From: Phyllobates terribilis | Taxonomy: Eukaryota | Assembly: GCF_046119375.1 (NCBI RefSeq) | Contig: NW_027362768.1 | Span: 186,496,001-186,560,000 of the forward strand | Direction: 5' to 3' | DNA length: 64,000 bases | Part shown: positions 35,601 to 49,549 of the stretch, piece by piece | How positions within the stretch are numbered: position 1 is the stretch's first letter | How the letters are laid out: each line of letters starts with the position of its first letter | The notes under the pieces: model-generated | Seen by the model: only the letters and a program-made list of their open reading frames with translations | Database searches by the model: none | Told to the model about the DNA's origin: nothing | Translations under genes and position numbers: made by a program

Positions 35601-35674
35601 TGTGTCACTTTTCCCTTTATAAACATTTTATGTGATTTTTATCTTATCCTACCAATAAATGTTATATTTTATGA
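32664..35674 (+). mobile_element. Decayed Penelope-like retroelement (Neptune-type), 5'-truncated, with an inverted copy of its 3' pLTR upstream
   Basis: RT remnants DKGGNVV, PKIHKNPINPPGRPIVSG, GTAMGAACAPSYANLFLG, RYIDDIF; Cys-rich linker PCGSCVAC; GIY-YIG remnant GVIYRAKCPCNKIYVGLT. 32878-33040 is the reverse complement of ~35085-35250, and 32664-32712 of ~35622-35674. Confidence 0.9.
33040..34960 (+). pseudogene. PLE reverse transcriptase / GIY-YIG endonuclease pseudogene
   Basis: ORF fragments 33341-33643, 33585-33791, 33807-34172, 34339-34710; multiple stops and frameshifts. Confidence 0.88.
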
Positions 35675-35877
35675 TTACAAAATAAATGCTGTAAAAAAAA
35701 AAATGCTGGAATTGTATTTTTCTTTTCACAATTTTACCACACTTGGGCTTTTTATTTTTGTCGTTTTTTAGTACATTACACAGTAAAATAAATGGAGTCT
35801 TCAAAACTACAACTCGTCCCGCAAAGAACAAGCCCTCGTACCCTCATATGGCAATATTAATGGAAAAGTATTATATA

Positions 35878-37370
<1,493 letters not shown>

Positions 37371-38539
37371 TATATATACAGTACAGACCAAAAGTTTGGA
37401 CACACTTCATTTAAAGATTTTTCTGTATTTTCATGACTATGAAAATTGTACATTCACACTGAAGGCATCAAAACTATGAATTAACACATGTGGAATTATA
37501 TACTTAACAATAAAGTGTGAAACAACTGAAAATATGTCTTATATTCTAGGTTCTTCAGAGTAGCTACCTTTTGCTTTGATGACTGCTTTGCACACTCTTG
37601 GCATTCCCTTGATGAGCTTCAAGAGGTAGTCACCGGAAATGGTCTTCCAACAATCTTGAAGGAGTTCCCAGAGATGCTTAGCACTTGTTGGCCCTTTTGC
37701 CTTCACGCTGCGGTCCAGCTCACCCCAAACCATCTCGATATGGTTCAGGTCTGGTGACTGTGGAGGCCAGGTCATCTGGCGTAGCACCCCATCACTCTCC
37801 TACTTGGTCAAATAGCCCTTACACTGCCTGGAGGTGTGTTTGGGGTCATTGTCCTGTTGAAAATTAAATGATGATCCAACTAAACGCAAACCGAATGGAA
37901 TAGCATGCCGCTGCAAGATGCTGTGGTAGCCATGCTGGTTCAGTATGCCTTCAATTTTGAATAAATCCCCAACAGTGTCACCAGCAAAGCACCCCACACC
38001 ATCACACCTCCTCCTCCATGCTTCACGGTGGGAACCAGGCATGTAGAGTCCATCCGTTCACCTTTTCTGCGTCGCACAAAGACACGGTGGTTGGAACCAA
38101 AGATCTCAAATTTGGACTCATCAGACCAAAGCACAGATTTCCACTGGTCTAATGTCCATTCATTGTGTTCTTTAGCCTAAACAAGTCTCTTCTGCTTGTT
38201 TCCTGTCCTTAGCAGTGGTTTCCTAGCAGCTATTTTACCATGAAGGCCTGCTGCACAAAGTCTCCTCTTAACAGTTGTTGTAGAGATGTGTCTGCTGCTA
38301 GAACTCTGTGTGGCATTGACCTGGTCTCTAATCTGAGCTGCTGTTAACCTGCGATTTCTGAGGCTGGTGACTCGGATAAACTTATCCTCAGAAGCAGAGG
38401 TGACTCTTGGTCTTCCTTTCCTGGGGCGGTCCTCATGTGAGCCAGTTTCTTTGTAGCGCTTGATGGTTTTTGCATCTGCACTTGGGGACACTTTCAAAGT
38501 TTGCCCAATTTTTCGGACTGACTGACCTTCATTTCTTAA

Positions 38540-41500
38540 CCCCTTTAAAGCCCAAGACGTACTAATACGCGTCAGTGCCCTGGGCTTTAAGAGCCTGACC
38601 CATATTAGTACGTCATCGAGATCGCGCACGCACACAGGCTGTGCGGGCGCGATCGCCGCCGGGTGTCAGCTGATTGTCACAGCTGACACCCGGTACTATG
38701 TGCAGGGAGCGGTCCTGCACCGCTCCCGGCACATTAACCCCCGCAATGCTGCAATCGAAGTCGATCGCAGCATTGCGGTGGCTAAGAGGAGGTGATCGGT
38801 ATACTCACCTCCTCTTCCGGCCTCCAGCGCTGTCTGCCGTGGCTTCCAGGATGTTGCCATGACGACCCGATGTCGTCATGACAACATTCGGGGCACCAGA
38901 CTGCAGGAAGATTATTTGAACATGCGCAGTGCATCTCCAAACTATCTTCTCCCTGTCCAGCGCTGACTGCCTGCATGGCACAGGGACGGTGCTCCATCCC
39001 TATGCTATGCAGGCGATCAGAATAAAAAAAGTGAAAGTCCCATAGTGGGACAAAGTAAAAAAGTTAAAAAACTCCCAGAAAGTGGAAAAAAAAATAAAAA
39101 ATTGTAAAAATATTAAAAAAAATTAAAAAAATAATCCAGTAAAAATAAAAATATAATGTACCCATCAATAAATATTATGAAAAAAAAGCAAAAAAAACAA
39201 TAAAAGTACACATATTTGGTATCGCAGCGTCCGTAACGACCTGACCTATAAAACTGTTCCACTAGTTAACCCCTTCAGTGAACATGGTAAAAAAAAAAAA
39301 AAAAAACGAAGCAAAAAACAATGCTTTATCACCATACCGCCAAACAAAAAATGGAATAACACGCGATCAAAAAGACGAATATAAATAAAAATGGTACCGC
39401 TGAAAATGTCATCTCGTCCCGCAAAAAACAAGCCGCCATACTGCTCCATCAGCCGAAAAATCAAAAAGTTATAGCTCTCAGAATAAAGCAATGCAAAAAA
39501 ATATTTTTTTCTATAAAATAGCTTTTATTGTGTAAAAGCGCCAAAACATAAAAAACGATATAAATGTGGTACCGCTGTAAACGTACTGACCCGAAGAATA
39601 AAGCTGCCTTATCAATTTTACCACACGCGGAACAGAATAAAAAAATTTTAAAAAACACAATTCCTGAATTGTTGGTTTTTGTTTATTCTGCCTCCCAAAA
39701 GCTGGAATAGAAAGCGATAAAAAAATGTCACGTGCCTGAAAATGGCACCAATAAAAACGTCAACTCATCCCGCAAAAAACAAGCCGTCACATGACTCTGC
39801 AAAAACTAGATTTTACAAAATATGTGTCTTTTAGTGTGTGACAGCTGTCAATCATAAAAACCCGATATGATTCTGGTATCGCTGTAATCGCACCGACCCG
39901 AAGAATAAAGTAATCTCATCACTTATACCGCACAAGGAACGGCGTAAAAAATAAACGCTAGGGTAGGGGTTGTGCTAATGTTAGGGTTGGGGTTGTTTTT
40001 TTTTCAAAAGTAAAAAAAACGAAAAGAAAAAAAGATGACGGTATGGCAACTAGTGTTAAACTCAAGTGCTCGCTACTTGAGTTTGCATCGGGTGCTTGGG
40101 TATGCAATGAGTATCGCGGGTGCTCGAGTCTCCGCCCTATATGCTTCGCGGCCAAAAAAACCTCGCGAGGATTGCCTGCCATGCACGAGCGATCCCCGCA
40201 TGTTTTTTTTTGGGTGTCTAATAACCGTGAAACATGCGGGCGGGGACTCGAGCATTTCACTTGAGCACCTGTGATACATGGTGCATACCTGAGTACCCGA
40301 TGCAAACTCAAGCAGCGAGCACTTGCGCTCAAGAGTAATGACAACTTATTCAATATGATGACCTAATGTTATCAAATTCTGTGTCGTACCTCTGGGTTCA
40401 AAATGTTCACTATACCCCTTAATAAAATCCTTGAGGGGTGTAGTTTCCAAAATGGGGTCACTTGTGGGGGAGCTCCACTGTTTAGGCACATCAGGGGCTC
40501 TCCAAACGCGACATGGTGTCCGCTAACAAATTGAATGGAAAATCGTCTCAAATTGTTAGCGGACACCATGTTGCGTTTGGAGAGCCCCTGTGTGCCTAAA
40601 CATTGGAGCTCCCCCACAAGTGACCCCATTTTGGAAACTAGACCACCCAAGGCACCTATATAGATGCATAGTGAGCACTTGGAACCCCCAGGTGCTTCAC
40701 AAATTGATTCGTAAAAATGAAAAAGTGTTTTTTTTCCACTTTTTAATTTTTACGAATCAATTTGTGAAGCACCTGGGGGTTCCAAGTGCTCACTATGCAT
40801 CTAGATAGGTGCCTTGGGGGGGTCTAGTTTCCAAAATGGGGTCACTTGTGGGGGAGCTCCAATGTTTAGGCACACAGGGGCTCTCCAAACGCAACATGGT
40901 GTCCGCTAACAAATTGAATGGAAAATCAGCTCAAATTGTTAGCGGACACCATATTGCATTTGGAGAGCCCATGTGTGCCTAAACATTGGAGCTCCCCCAC
41001 AAGTGACCCCATTTTGGAAACTAGACCCCCCAAGGCATCTATGTTGATACATAGTGAGTACTTGGAAACCTCATGTGCTTCACAAATTGATTCGTAAAAA
41101 TGAAAAAGTGGAAAAAAAAATACTTTTTCATTTTTACGAATCAATTTGTGACGCACCTAGGGGTTCCAAGTTCTCACTATGCATCTAGATAGGTGCCTTG
41201 GGGGTCTAGTTTCCAAAATGGGGTCACTTGTGGGGGGTTTCCACTGTTTAGGCACATCAGGGGCTCTCCAAACGCAACATGGCGTCCGCTAATTATTCAA
41301 GCAAATTTTACAATCAAAAAGTCAAATGGCACTCCTTCCCTTCCGAGCCCTGCCGTGCGCCCAAACAGTCTTTTTTCCCCACATATGGGGTATCTGTGTG
41401 CCCAGGGGAAATTGCACAACAAATTTTGGGGTCCATTTTTTCTTGTTACCCCTTGCGAAAATAAAAAAAATTGGGTCTAAAGTAACATTTTTGTGAAAAA

Positions 41501-42122
41501 AGTTAAATGTTCATTTTTTTCTTCCACATTCCAAAAATTCCTGTGAAGCACCTGAAGGGTTAATAAAGTTCTTGAATGTGGTTTTGAGTACCTTGAGGGG
41601 TGCAGTTTTTAGAATGTTTCACTTTTGGGTATTTTCTGTCATAAAGACCTCTCAAAGTGACTTCAAATGTGATGTGGTCCCTAAAAAAATGGTTTTGTAA
41701 ATTTTGTTGGAAAAATTAGAAATCGCTGGTCAACTTTTAACCCTTATAGCTTCCTAACAAAAAAACTTTTGGTTCCAAAATTGTGCTGATGTAAAGTAGA
41801 CATGTGGGAAATGTTATTTATTAACTATTTTGTGTGACATATCTCTCTGATTTAAGGGCATAAAAATTCAAATTTTGAAAATTGCAAAATTTTCAAAATT
41901 TCCACCAAATTTCCATTTTTTTCACAAATAAACGCAAGTGATATCGAAGAAATTTTACCACAATCATGAAGTACAATATGTCACGAAAAAAACAATCTCA
42001 GAATCAGGGGGATCTGTTGAAGCGTTCCAGAGTAATTACCTCATAAAGTGACAGTGGTCAGAATTGTAAAAATTGGCCCGGTCATTAACGTGCAAACCAC
42101 CCTCGGGGGTAAAGTAAAGGGG
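38540..42122. mobile_element. piggyBac-type non-autonomous element, 3.58 kb, TTAA TSD
   Basis: TTAA(38536-38539)CCCCTT...AAGGGG TTAA(42123-42126); removing it restores the Tc1 sequence ATTTCTTAAAGTAATG; no transposase ORF seen. Confidence 0.88.
40050..40330. mobile_element. Small hAT-like MITE nested in the piggyBac-type element
   Basis: Inverted arms CAAGTGCTCGCTACTTGAGTTTGCATCGGGT / ACCCGATGCAAACTCAAGCAGCGAGCACTTG; TAGTGTT start like the 42974 element. Confidence 0.55.
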
Positions 42123-42973
42123 TTAAAGTAATGATGGCCACTCATTTTTCTTTACTTAGCTGCTTTTTTCTTGCCATAATATAAATTCTAACAGTCTATT
42201 CAGTAGGACTATCAGCTGTGTATCCACCAGACTTCTGTACAATACAACTGATGGTCCCAACCCCATTTATAAGGCAAGAAATCCCACTTATTAAACCTGA
42301 CAGGGCACACCTGTGAAGTGAAAACCATTTCCGGTGACTACCTCTTGAAGCTCATCAAGAGAATACCAAGAGTGTGCAAAGCAGTCATCAAAGCAAAAGG
42401 TGGCTACTGTGAAGATCCTAGAATATAAGACATATTTTCAGTTGTTTCACACTTTTTTGTTAAGTATATAATTCCACATGTGGTAATTCATAGTTTTGAT
42501 GCCTTCAGTGTGAATGTACAATTTTCATAGTCATGAAAATACAGAAAAATCTTTAAATGAGAAGGTGTGTCCAAACTTTTGGTCTGTACTGTATCTATAT
42601 ATATACATATATATATATATCAAAATGTATATTTTTTATGCAATATTTTGATAGTTTTTTGTTGCATTTTCTCGGGGAGGTACGGTGACCAAAAAACAGC
42701 AATTCTGGCATTTCTTTTTTTTTTTCTTTACAGCATATAACAATTAACGAACGGCTTAAATAACGTTATATTTTGACAGATCAGACACTTTTATGGACAC
42801 ATTGATGTTAAATTTTCTGTGGGAAAAGGGTCCTTTGTAGATGTACCAAGATGGCAGTGACAGTGGTCTTCAGAAGTCCCCTAGATGTTGTGTCAACCTG
42901 TACGTTTTGCAAGTAAAACTGTTAACTTGCACAATTTCGTGGCTATTCACAATCAGTTTGAAGACCGCACTAC

Positions 42974-45900
42974 TAGTGTTGAGCGATACCTTCCGATATC
43001 AGGAAATATCGTATCGGATTGGATCGGGCCGATACCCAAAAAGTATCGGATATCGCCGATTCCGATACCGGAAACCAATGCAAGTCAATGGGACACAAAT
43101 ATCGGAATGAAAATAAACCCTTTCTTTCCTTGTAGGTTAATTCTACATGAAGTAAAACAACTAAGAATAATGTAGAATGACATGAAAAGCCGGCAATTCA
43201 TCAGCGGCATACACCGGTACCCGACAATTTACAACAGAAAGAAAAGAGCATCACACATAGATTAGATAGATAGAAACATGTCAGTCACATATATATGAAG
43301 TACAGTGATAGTGTTGATTACTGTACTTGTCATTTAGTGTTAAAATAAAGGATTTATTTTAAAAAAAATTGGCGTGGGGTTCCCCTTAATTTTAGTCTCT
43401 AGCGGAGGTTAAGCAGACGGCTGGGGCAAATGTTTGAAGCCTGGGAAGGGGGTAATACCCACGGAGCTTCCCAGGCTACTAATATCAGCCCCCAGCTGAA
43501 TACCTAGCCTTTACTAGCTATTAAAATGGGGGAACCCCCCAAAAAAAATAACGTGGGGTCCCCCCTAATTTAATAGCTAGCACAGGCTAGGCAGACAGCT
43601 GGGGGCTGATATTAATAGCCCAGGAAGGGAGCCATGAATATTGGCCCCCTCCCAGGCTAGAAACACCAGCCGTCAGCCGCCCCAGAAATGGCGCATCCAT
43701 AGGATGCACCAATTCTGGCACTTAGCCTCGCTCTTCCACGCTGCCCTGGTGCGGTGGCAGGGGGTAATAGGGTTGGGGTTGATGTCAGCTTATAATGCCA
43801 GCTGACATCAAGCCCAGGTTAGTAATGGAGAGGCGTCTATAAGACACCCCCATTACTAACCCCATAGTCAAAGTTAAAAGAAAACACAAACACCCAGAAT
43901 AAAGTCCTTTAATTGAAATAAAGACACAATTCTTTATTGTTCTAAATTAAACCATACTTACCATCACGCCCATTCCAGCTGAAGCCAACGATCTCCTGCA
44001 ATAAAAGTAAAATAATAAAGCAACCTCATCCTTACCTTTCCATGGTTCCCAGGACAGCTCCAGCTCTGCTACATCGAGATGACAGGCTGGACCGCAGCAG
44101 AACGCTGCCATCCAGCCTGTCATCCCGCAGACACTGAGAAGCGCAGGCATGCTTGCGCTCCTCAGTGTCTCTCTGTGACGTCATCCAGATGAGCCGAGTT
44201 CATGTCCAATGAACTCGGCTCACCTCATGCACGTCACTGACAGCGTGGGAAAATTCTCACGCTGAAGTGCTGAGTGCAGGAGAATTTTCCCACGCTGTCA
44301 GTGACGTACATGAGGTGAGCTGAGTTCATTGGACATGACCTCGGCTCATCTGGATGCCGTCACAGCCAGACACTGAGGAGTGGAAGTATGCCTGCGCTTC
44401 TCAGTGTCTGCGGGATGACAGGATGGATGGCAGCGTTCTGCTGCGGTCCAGCCTGTCATCTCGATGTAGCAGAGCTGGAGCTGTCGTGGGAGCCATGGAA
44501 AGGTAAGGATGATGTTGCTTTATTATTTTACTTTTATTGCAGGAGATCGTTGGCTTCAGCTGGAATGGGCGTGATGGTAAGTATGGTTTAATTTAGAACA
44601 ATAAAGAATTGTGTGTTTATTTCAATTAAAGGACTTTTTTCTGGGTGTTGTGTTTTTTTAAATACTTTACTAGAAATTCATGGTGGTCATGTCTAATATT
44701 GGCGTGACCCCATGAATTTCGGGCTTAGGGCCAGCTGATAATGCCAAGCTGGCCCTAACCCCTTTATTACCCAGTGAGCCACCGCACCAGGGCCCTGGAT
44801 GAGTTGGGTACAGCGCCAGAAGATGGCGCTTCTATGAACGCGCCATTTTCTGGGGCGGCTGCGGACTGCAATTTGCAGCGGGGGTGGCCCAGAAAGCTTG
44901 GGTCTCCCTGCGCTGCGGATTCCAGCCCCCAGCTGCCTAGTTGTATCTGGCTGGGCACAAAAATAGGGCGAAGCCCCACGCATTTTTTTTTAAAATTATT
45001 TCATGAAATTCATGGAATAATTAAGAAAAAAAGGGCTTCCCTATATTGTTGTGTCCGGCTAGGTACAAATAGGCAGCTGGTGGTTGGGGGCAGCCCGTTC
45101 CTGCCTGCTGTACCTGACTGGACACAAATATAGGGCGAAGCCCCACATAATTTTTTTTTAATTATTTCATGAATTTCCTGAAATAATTAAAAAAAAATTG
45201 ACGTGGGGCTTTGCACTATATTTGGGTCCAGCCAGGTACAGCAGGCAGGAACGGGCTGCCCCCAACCACCAGCTGCCTATTTGTACCTGGTTGGACACAA
45301 CAATATAGGGAAGCCCTTTTTTTCTTAATTATTCCATGAATTTCATGAAATAATTAAAAAAAAAAAAACGTGGAGCTTCTCCCTATTTTTGTGTCCAGCC
45401 AGGTACAACTAGGCAGCTGGGGGATGGAATCTGCAGCGCAGGGAGGCCCAAGCTTTCTGCCCCCCGCTGAAAATTGCAGTCCGCAGCCGCCCCGGAAAAT
45501 GGCGCGTTCATAGAAGCTGGATGCTGTACCTGGCTGGCATACAAAAATATGGCGAAGCCCACGTCAAAAGTTTTGGGAAAAATTAATTAAAAAATAAATA
45601 ATAATTTAGGGACTGCATCTTTATTAACTCCTCAAATGTCATTTAGTGTTAAAATAATGGATTTATTTAAAAAAAAAATGGCGTGGGATCCCCCATAATT
45701 TTAGTCTCTAGCGGAGGTTAAGCAGACGGCTGGGGCAGATGTTTGAAGCCTGGGAAGGGGGTAAAACCCACGGAGCTTCCCAGGCTACTAATATCAGCCC
45801 CCAGCTGAATACCTAGCCTTTACTAGCTATTAAAATGGGGGACCCCCCCCAAAAAAATGACGTGGGGTCCCCCCTATTTTAATAGCAAGCAAAGGCTAGG

Positions 45901-47732
45901 CAGACAGCTGGGGGCTGATATTAATAGCCCAGGAAGGGTGCCATGAATATTGGCCCCCTCCCAGGCTAGAAACACCAGTCGTCAGCCGCCCCAGAAATGG
46001 CGCATCCGTAGGATGCGCCAACTCTGGCACTTAGCCTCGCTCTTCCACGCTGCCCTGGTGCGGTGGCAGGGGGTAATAGTGGTGGGGTTCATGTCAGCGC
46101 CAGCTGCCATGAAGCCCAGGTTAGTAATGATGGGAGTCTATAAGACACCCCCATTACTAACCTACAAAGTGTTAGAAAGAAAAAACACACTACACCAAGA
46201 AAAAAATAATTTATTTGAAATAAAACACACAATTTTATTTAATTCTTAGTTTACTAAAAATAATAGTTACCTGTCCACGTTCCTGCGCTGATCTCCCATG
46301 CACAGCTGTCACATCTGGAGATGGTGACAGCTGTGCATGGCTGCTGTATGCTCACGCTGCCGGGAACACGTCCGCTCCCGGCAGCGGGAGCCACTGACTG
46401 AGGTCACCGGAGTGCATTCAGGCAGCGCAGCTCCGGAGACCTCCTTTACGGCACTGCTGTACCGTGGGAATTTCTCACGATACAGCAGGGCCGTAAAGGA
46501 GCTAACCGGAGCAGCGCTGCCTGAACTCCGGTGAACCCTTACGGCCCCGTCATTCTAGCGGCGGCAGCGGTTCAGAGCGGTCACATTCTATGTGGCTGCT
46601 CTAAACTGGAGATCATCGTGGGACACTCGTGGACTGCTACGGAGGGGTAAGGATAAGGTTGTGGTTTATTATTTTATATTTTATTACAGGAGATCGATGG
46701 CTTCGGGGAATTAGGTGTCTAGGTGAGTATAGGTGTAGTTTTTTATTTTTTACTTTATTTTAGGTGGCGATCGGCGGGGACAGGTAATGTATGAACTAAT
46801 TTCTTTTAGGTAACCACTGGCCACCAATGACATGTATCTAACATTTATTGGGGACACAGTAGGGCAATTTAAATAGCAGGATCAGGCTGATGGGAACTAC
46901 TGCTCCCATCGAGCTGATCCTGCTGGCAGGAGTGGACGGGGGACAGACATAGGCCGATGGGAGTAGTAGTGTCACATCGGCCTATGTCTGCCTGCACGCA
47001 CACACACCGCACACATCGCACAGACACCGCGCACACCCGCACAAACATCGCGCACATACCCCGCACACATCGCACACACACCCGCACACACACTAATCAT
47101 GACGGGTCTGGGAGGTGAGGCTGACCTGTGCGGCCGTGGGAAAGTTCATGTGAGTTCATGCAGTCAAGCATGAACTCACATGAACCCTCTGAGGACAACG
47201 CGGCGACTTCAAATGAACAGCTGATCGGCATCACCTGATACCTCAGCTGTTCATTTGAAATAACCGGCGGGAAAGCGCAGCACAGAACGGGAAAGCCGGC
47301 GGTGAAGTCTTTTCACTGCCGGCTTCCCCGCCCGGGTCCTTCACTCCCCGCTCCTTGGAGCTGCGCTCCCCGCCCGGTCCTAACTTACGATCGGGATGGG
47401 AGGTGGCGAGGGGAGCGGAGGATCGGGATGGGAGGCTGCGGGGAAGCAGTATGGGGCTGTGTGATTGTTTAAAAGCCGGCGGCTTTATACCGCCCGCCGG
47501 CTTTTAAACAATCAGGAGAATTCTCCCCCGCTGGGATGGCATTCTGATGACAGGCTGGATCGCGCTGCCATCCAACTTGTCATCCTTCACAGACACTGCA
47601 GAGCGCAGGCATTATGGGAACTTCCGATTCCGGTATCCGATATTGTAAAAGTATCGGAATTAAGTATCGGAATTCCGATACCGCGAATATCGGCCGATAC
47701 CCGATATTACAGTATCGGAATGCTCAACACTA
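42974..47732. mobile_element. Non-autonomous hAT-superfamily element, 4.76 kb, perfect 8-bp TSD CGCACTAC
   Basis: TIR TAGTGTTGAGC...GCTCAACACTA; TSD at 42966-42973 and 47733-47740; subterminal ATCGG/CCGAT arrays; no transposase ORF. Confidence 0.9.
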
Positions 47733-47911
47733 CGCACTACGTGTCTCTACCACAAAGCCCCCCATACACTGCAGATAGCGGACAGCTGAATATTGGTTCG
47801 GCCTATCTTTTCGCCAGACATCTTTAGTGTTGGCTTATTTAGCCAAGAACGAGACGAGCAGCAAATTCAAACATTCTGGATCCTTCTCTCCCTCCAACAA
47901 TCCTCTTTCGG

Positions 47912-48785
47912 GGGAGAGTCAAGGGGTCCGCTTACACATTAGACCATCGCCCGAATCTGAGAATATCGGTGGAGAGTCAAGGGGTCCGCATACACATTAG
48001 ACCATCGCCTGAATCTGTTGATATCGCTGGAGAGTCAAGGGGTCCGCATACACATTAGACCATCGCCTGAATCTGTTGATATCGGTGGAGAGTCAAGGGG
48101 TCCGCATACACATTAGACCGTTGCCCGAATCTGTCGATATCGGCGGAGAGTCAAGGGGTCCGCATACACATTAGACCGTTGCCCGAATCTGTCGATATCG
48201 GCGGAGAGTCAAGGGGTCCGCATACACATTAGACCGCCGCCTGAATCTGTCGATATCGTTGGAGAGTCAAGAGGTCCGCATATACATTAGACCGCCGCCT
48301 GAATCTGTCAATATCGTTGGAGAGTCAAGAGGTCCGCATATACATTAGACCATCGCCTGAATCTGTCGATATCGATGGAGAGTCAAGGGGTCCGCATACA
48401 CATTAGACCGCCGCCTGAATCTGTCGATATCGTTGGAGAGTCAAGGGGTCCGCATACACATTAGACCGCCGCCTGAATCTGTCGATATCGTTGGAGAGTC
48501 AAGAGGTCCGCATATACATTAGACAGTCGCCCGAATCTGTCGATATCGGCGGAGAGTCAAGGGATCTGCATATACATTAGAACGTCGCCGGAATCTGTCG
48601 ACATTGGGGGGGGATTGAAGGGGTCCGCATCCACATTAGACTGTCGCCCCAATCTGTTGGTATCGGGGTGGAATCAAGGGGTCCGCATACACATTAGACC
48701 GTCGCCTGAATCTGTCGATATCTAGGGGAGTCAAGGGGTCCGCGTCCACACTGGACTGTCCCCCGAATCTGTTGATATCGGGGAG
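47912..48785. repeat. 58-bp tandem array (~15 units) upstream of MSH4
   Basis: GGAGAGTCAAGGGGTCCGCATACACATTAGACC...GAATCTGTCGATATCG, 58-bp period. Confidence 0.93.
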
Positions 48786-49099
48786 GTGGGGGGGGGGGGT
48801 TTCGGCTGACAACAATGGGGACTTTTAAAGTATAGTTACTCATGACAATTTGTTTCAGAAATGTCTGTGATTTCGGCGGCTGGGGTTGTTACGTGTCATG
48901 TTTAGCTTTTATAAAGCTGAATTTTACCTCAGAAATTTATATTGTTTTTTTTTTTCTGCGTTTATAAAAACGTGACAGAAATGTCTGATGTAAATCATTT
49001 CTACAGAAGGGTAAAGTGCACAGGAGAAGGTTTATTATGGGTTAATAATGAAGGGGATGTTGTGACTGAGGTGATCACAGTGGCGATGACTGAGGTAAT

Positions 49100-49200
49100 G
49101 TCTCCGCGCGGCCGTGTCACTGACACGTGACTTTTCCCGCCTTTATGCGATGACGTCACCAGCAGTCCGTCCTCGGCTCCTCCTCCGCGCTCCGGGAGAC
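49100..49200 (+). promoter_or_regulatory. MSH4 proximal promoter motifs
   Basis: E-box CACGTGAC 49124-49131 and full CRE TGACGTCA 49151-49158 in CpG-rich DNA just before the ATG. Confidence 0.45.
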
Positions 49201-49203
49201 GCC

Positions 49204-49444
49204 ATGTCCGGCTTTACGGGGTTCTCTCGTCACTTGTTGGGCTTCCCGGCTGCCCAGAATGAGACACCGGCGGAGTCAGAGTCCTCGTGTTACTCAGGCC
49301 GGGAGTCCCCTCCTCTGTCAGCAGCTCTCCGCCCCCATCCTGTACCACAGACACCGGCGGGCAGCTCCGTCATTAGCAGCCGGGCGTCTCCTGCGTCTAT
49401 AAACCGAGAGACGCCAGGGGGCAGCAACACAGGACAGAACAATG
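49204..49444 (+). CDS. MSH4: MSH4 exon 1 (meiotic MutS homolog 4, N-terminal low-complexity region)
   Basis: gccATG in a CpG island; MSGFTGFSRHLLGFPAAQNETP resembles the human FGLQETP segment; 241 nt, phase-1 donor G|GTGAGG; synteny after RABGGTB. Confidence 0.75.
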
Positions 49445-49549
49445 GTGAGGAGACCGCGGACACGGGGCAGCCGCTATCTGAACTAGAGCAAAGCACCAAC
49501 CAATCAGATCAGTGCTCTCATTGGTCAAAGACACAGGAGGAGCATGAAA

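Larger units (their letters stand above)
37379..42591 (-). mobile_element. Second copy of the 27468 Tc1 family, inverted, split by a TTAA insertion at 38540-42122
   Basis: Same TIRs at both ends; transposase on - strand (37539-38635) resumes after 42126. Confidence 0.93.

Noticed and set aside
49114-49203. Upstream in-frame starts extending MSH4 (49114, ATG 49150)
   Set aside because: They overlap promoter motifs (E-box, CRE); the ATG at 49204 has better Kozak context and gives an exon length close to human. Not fully excluded.
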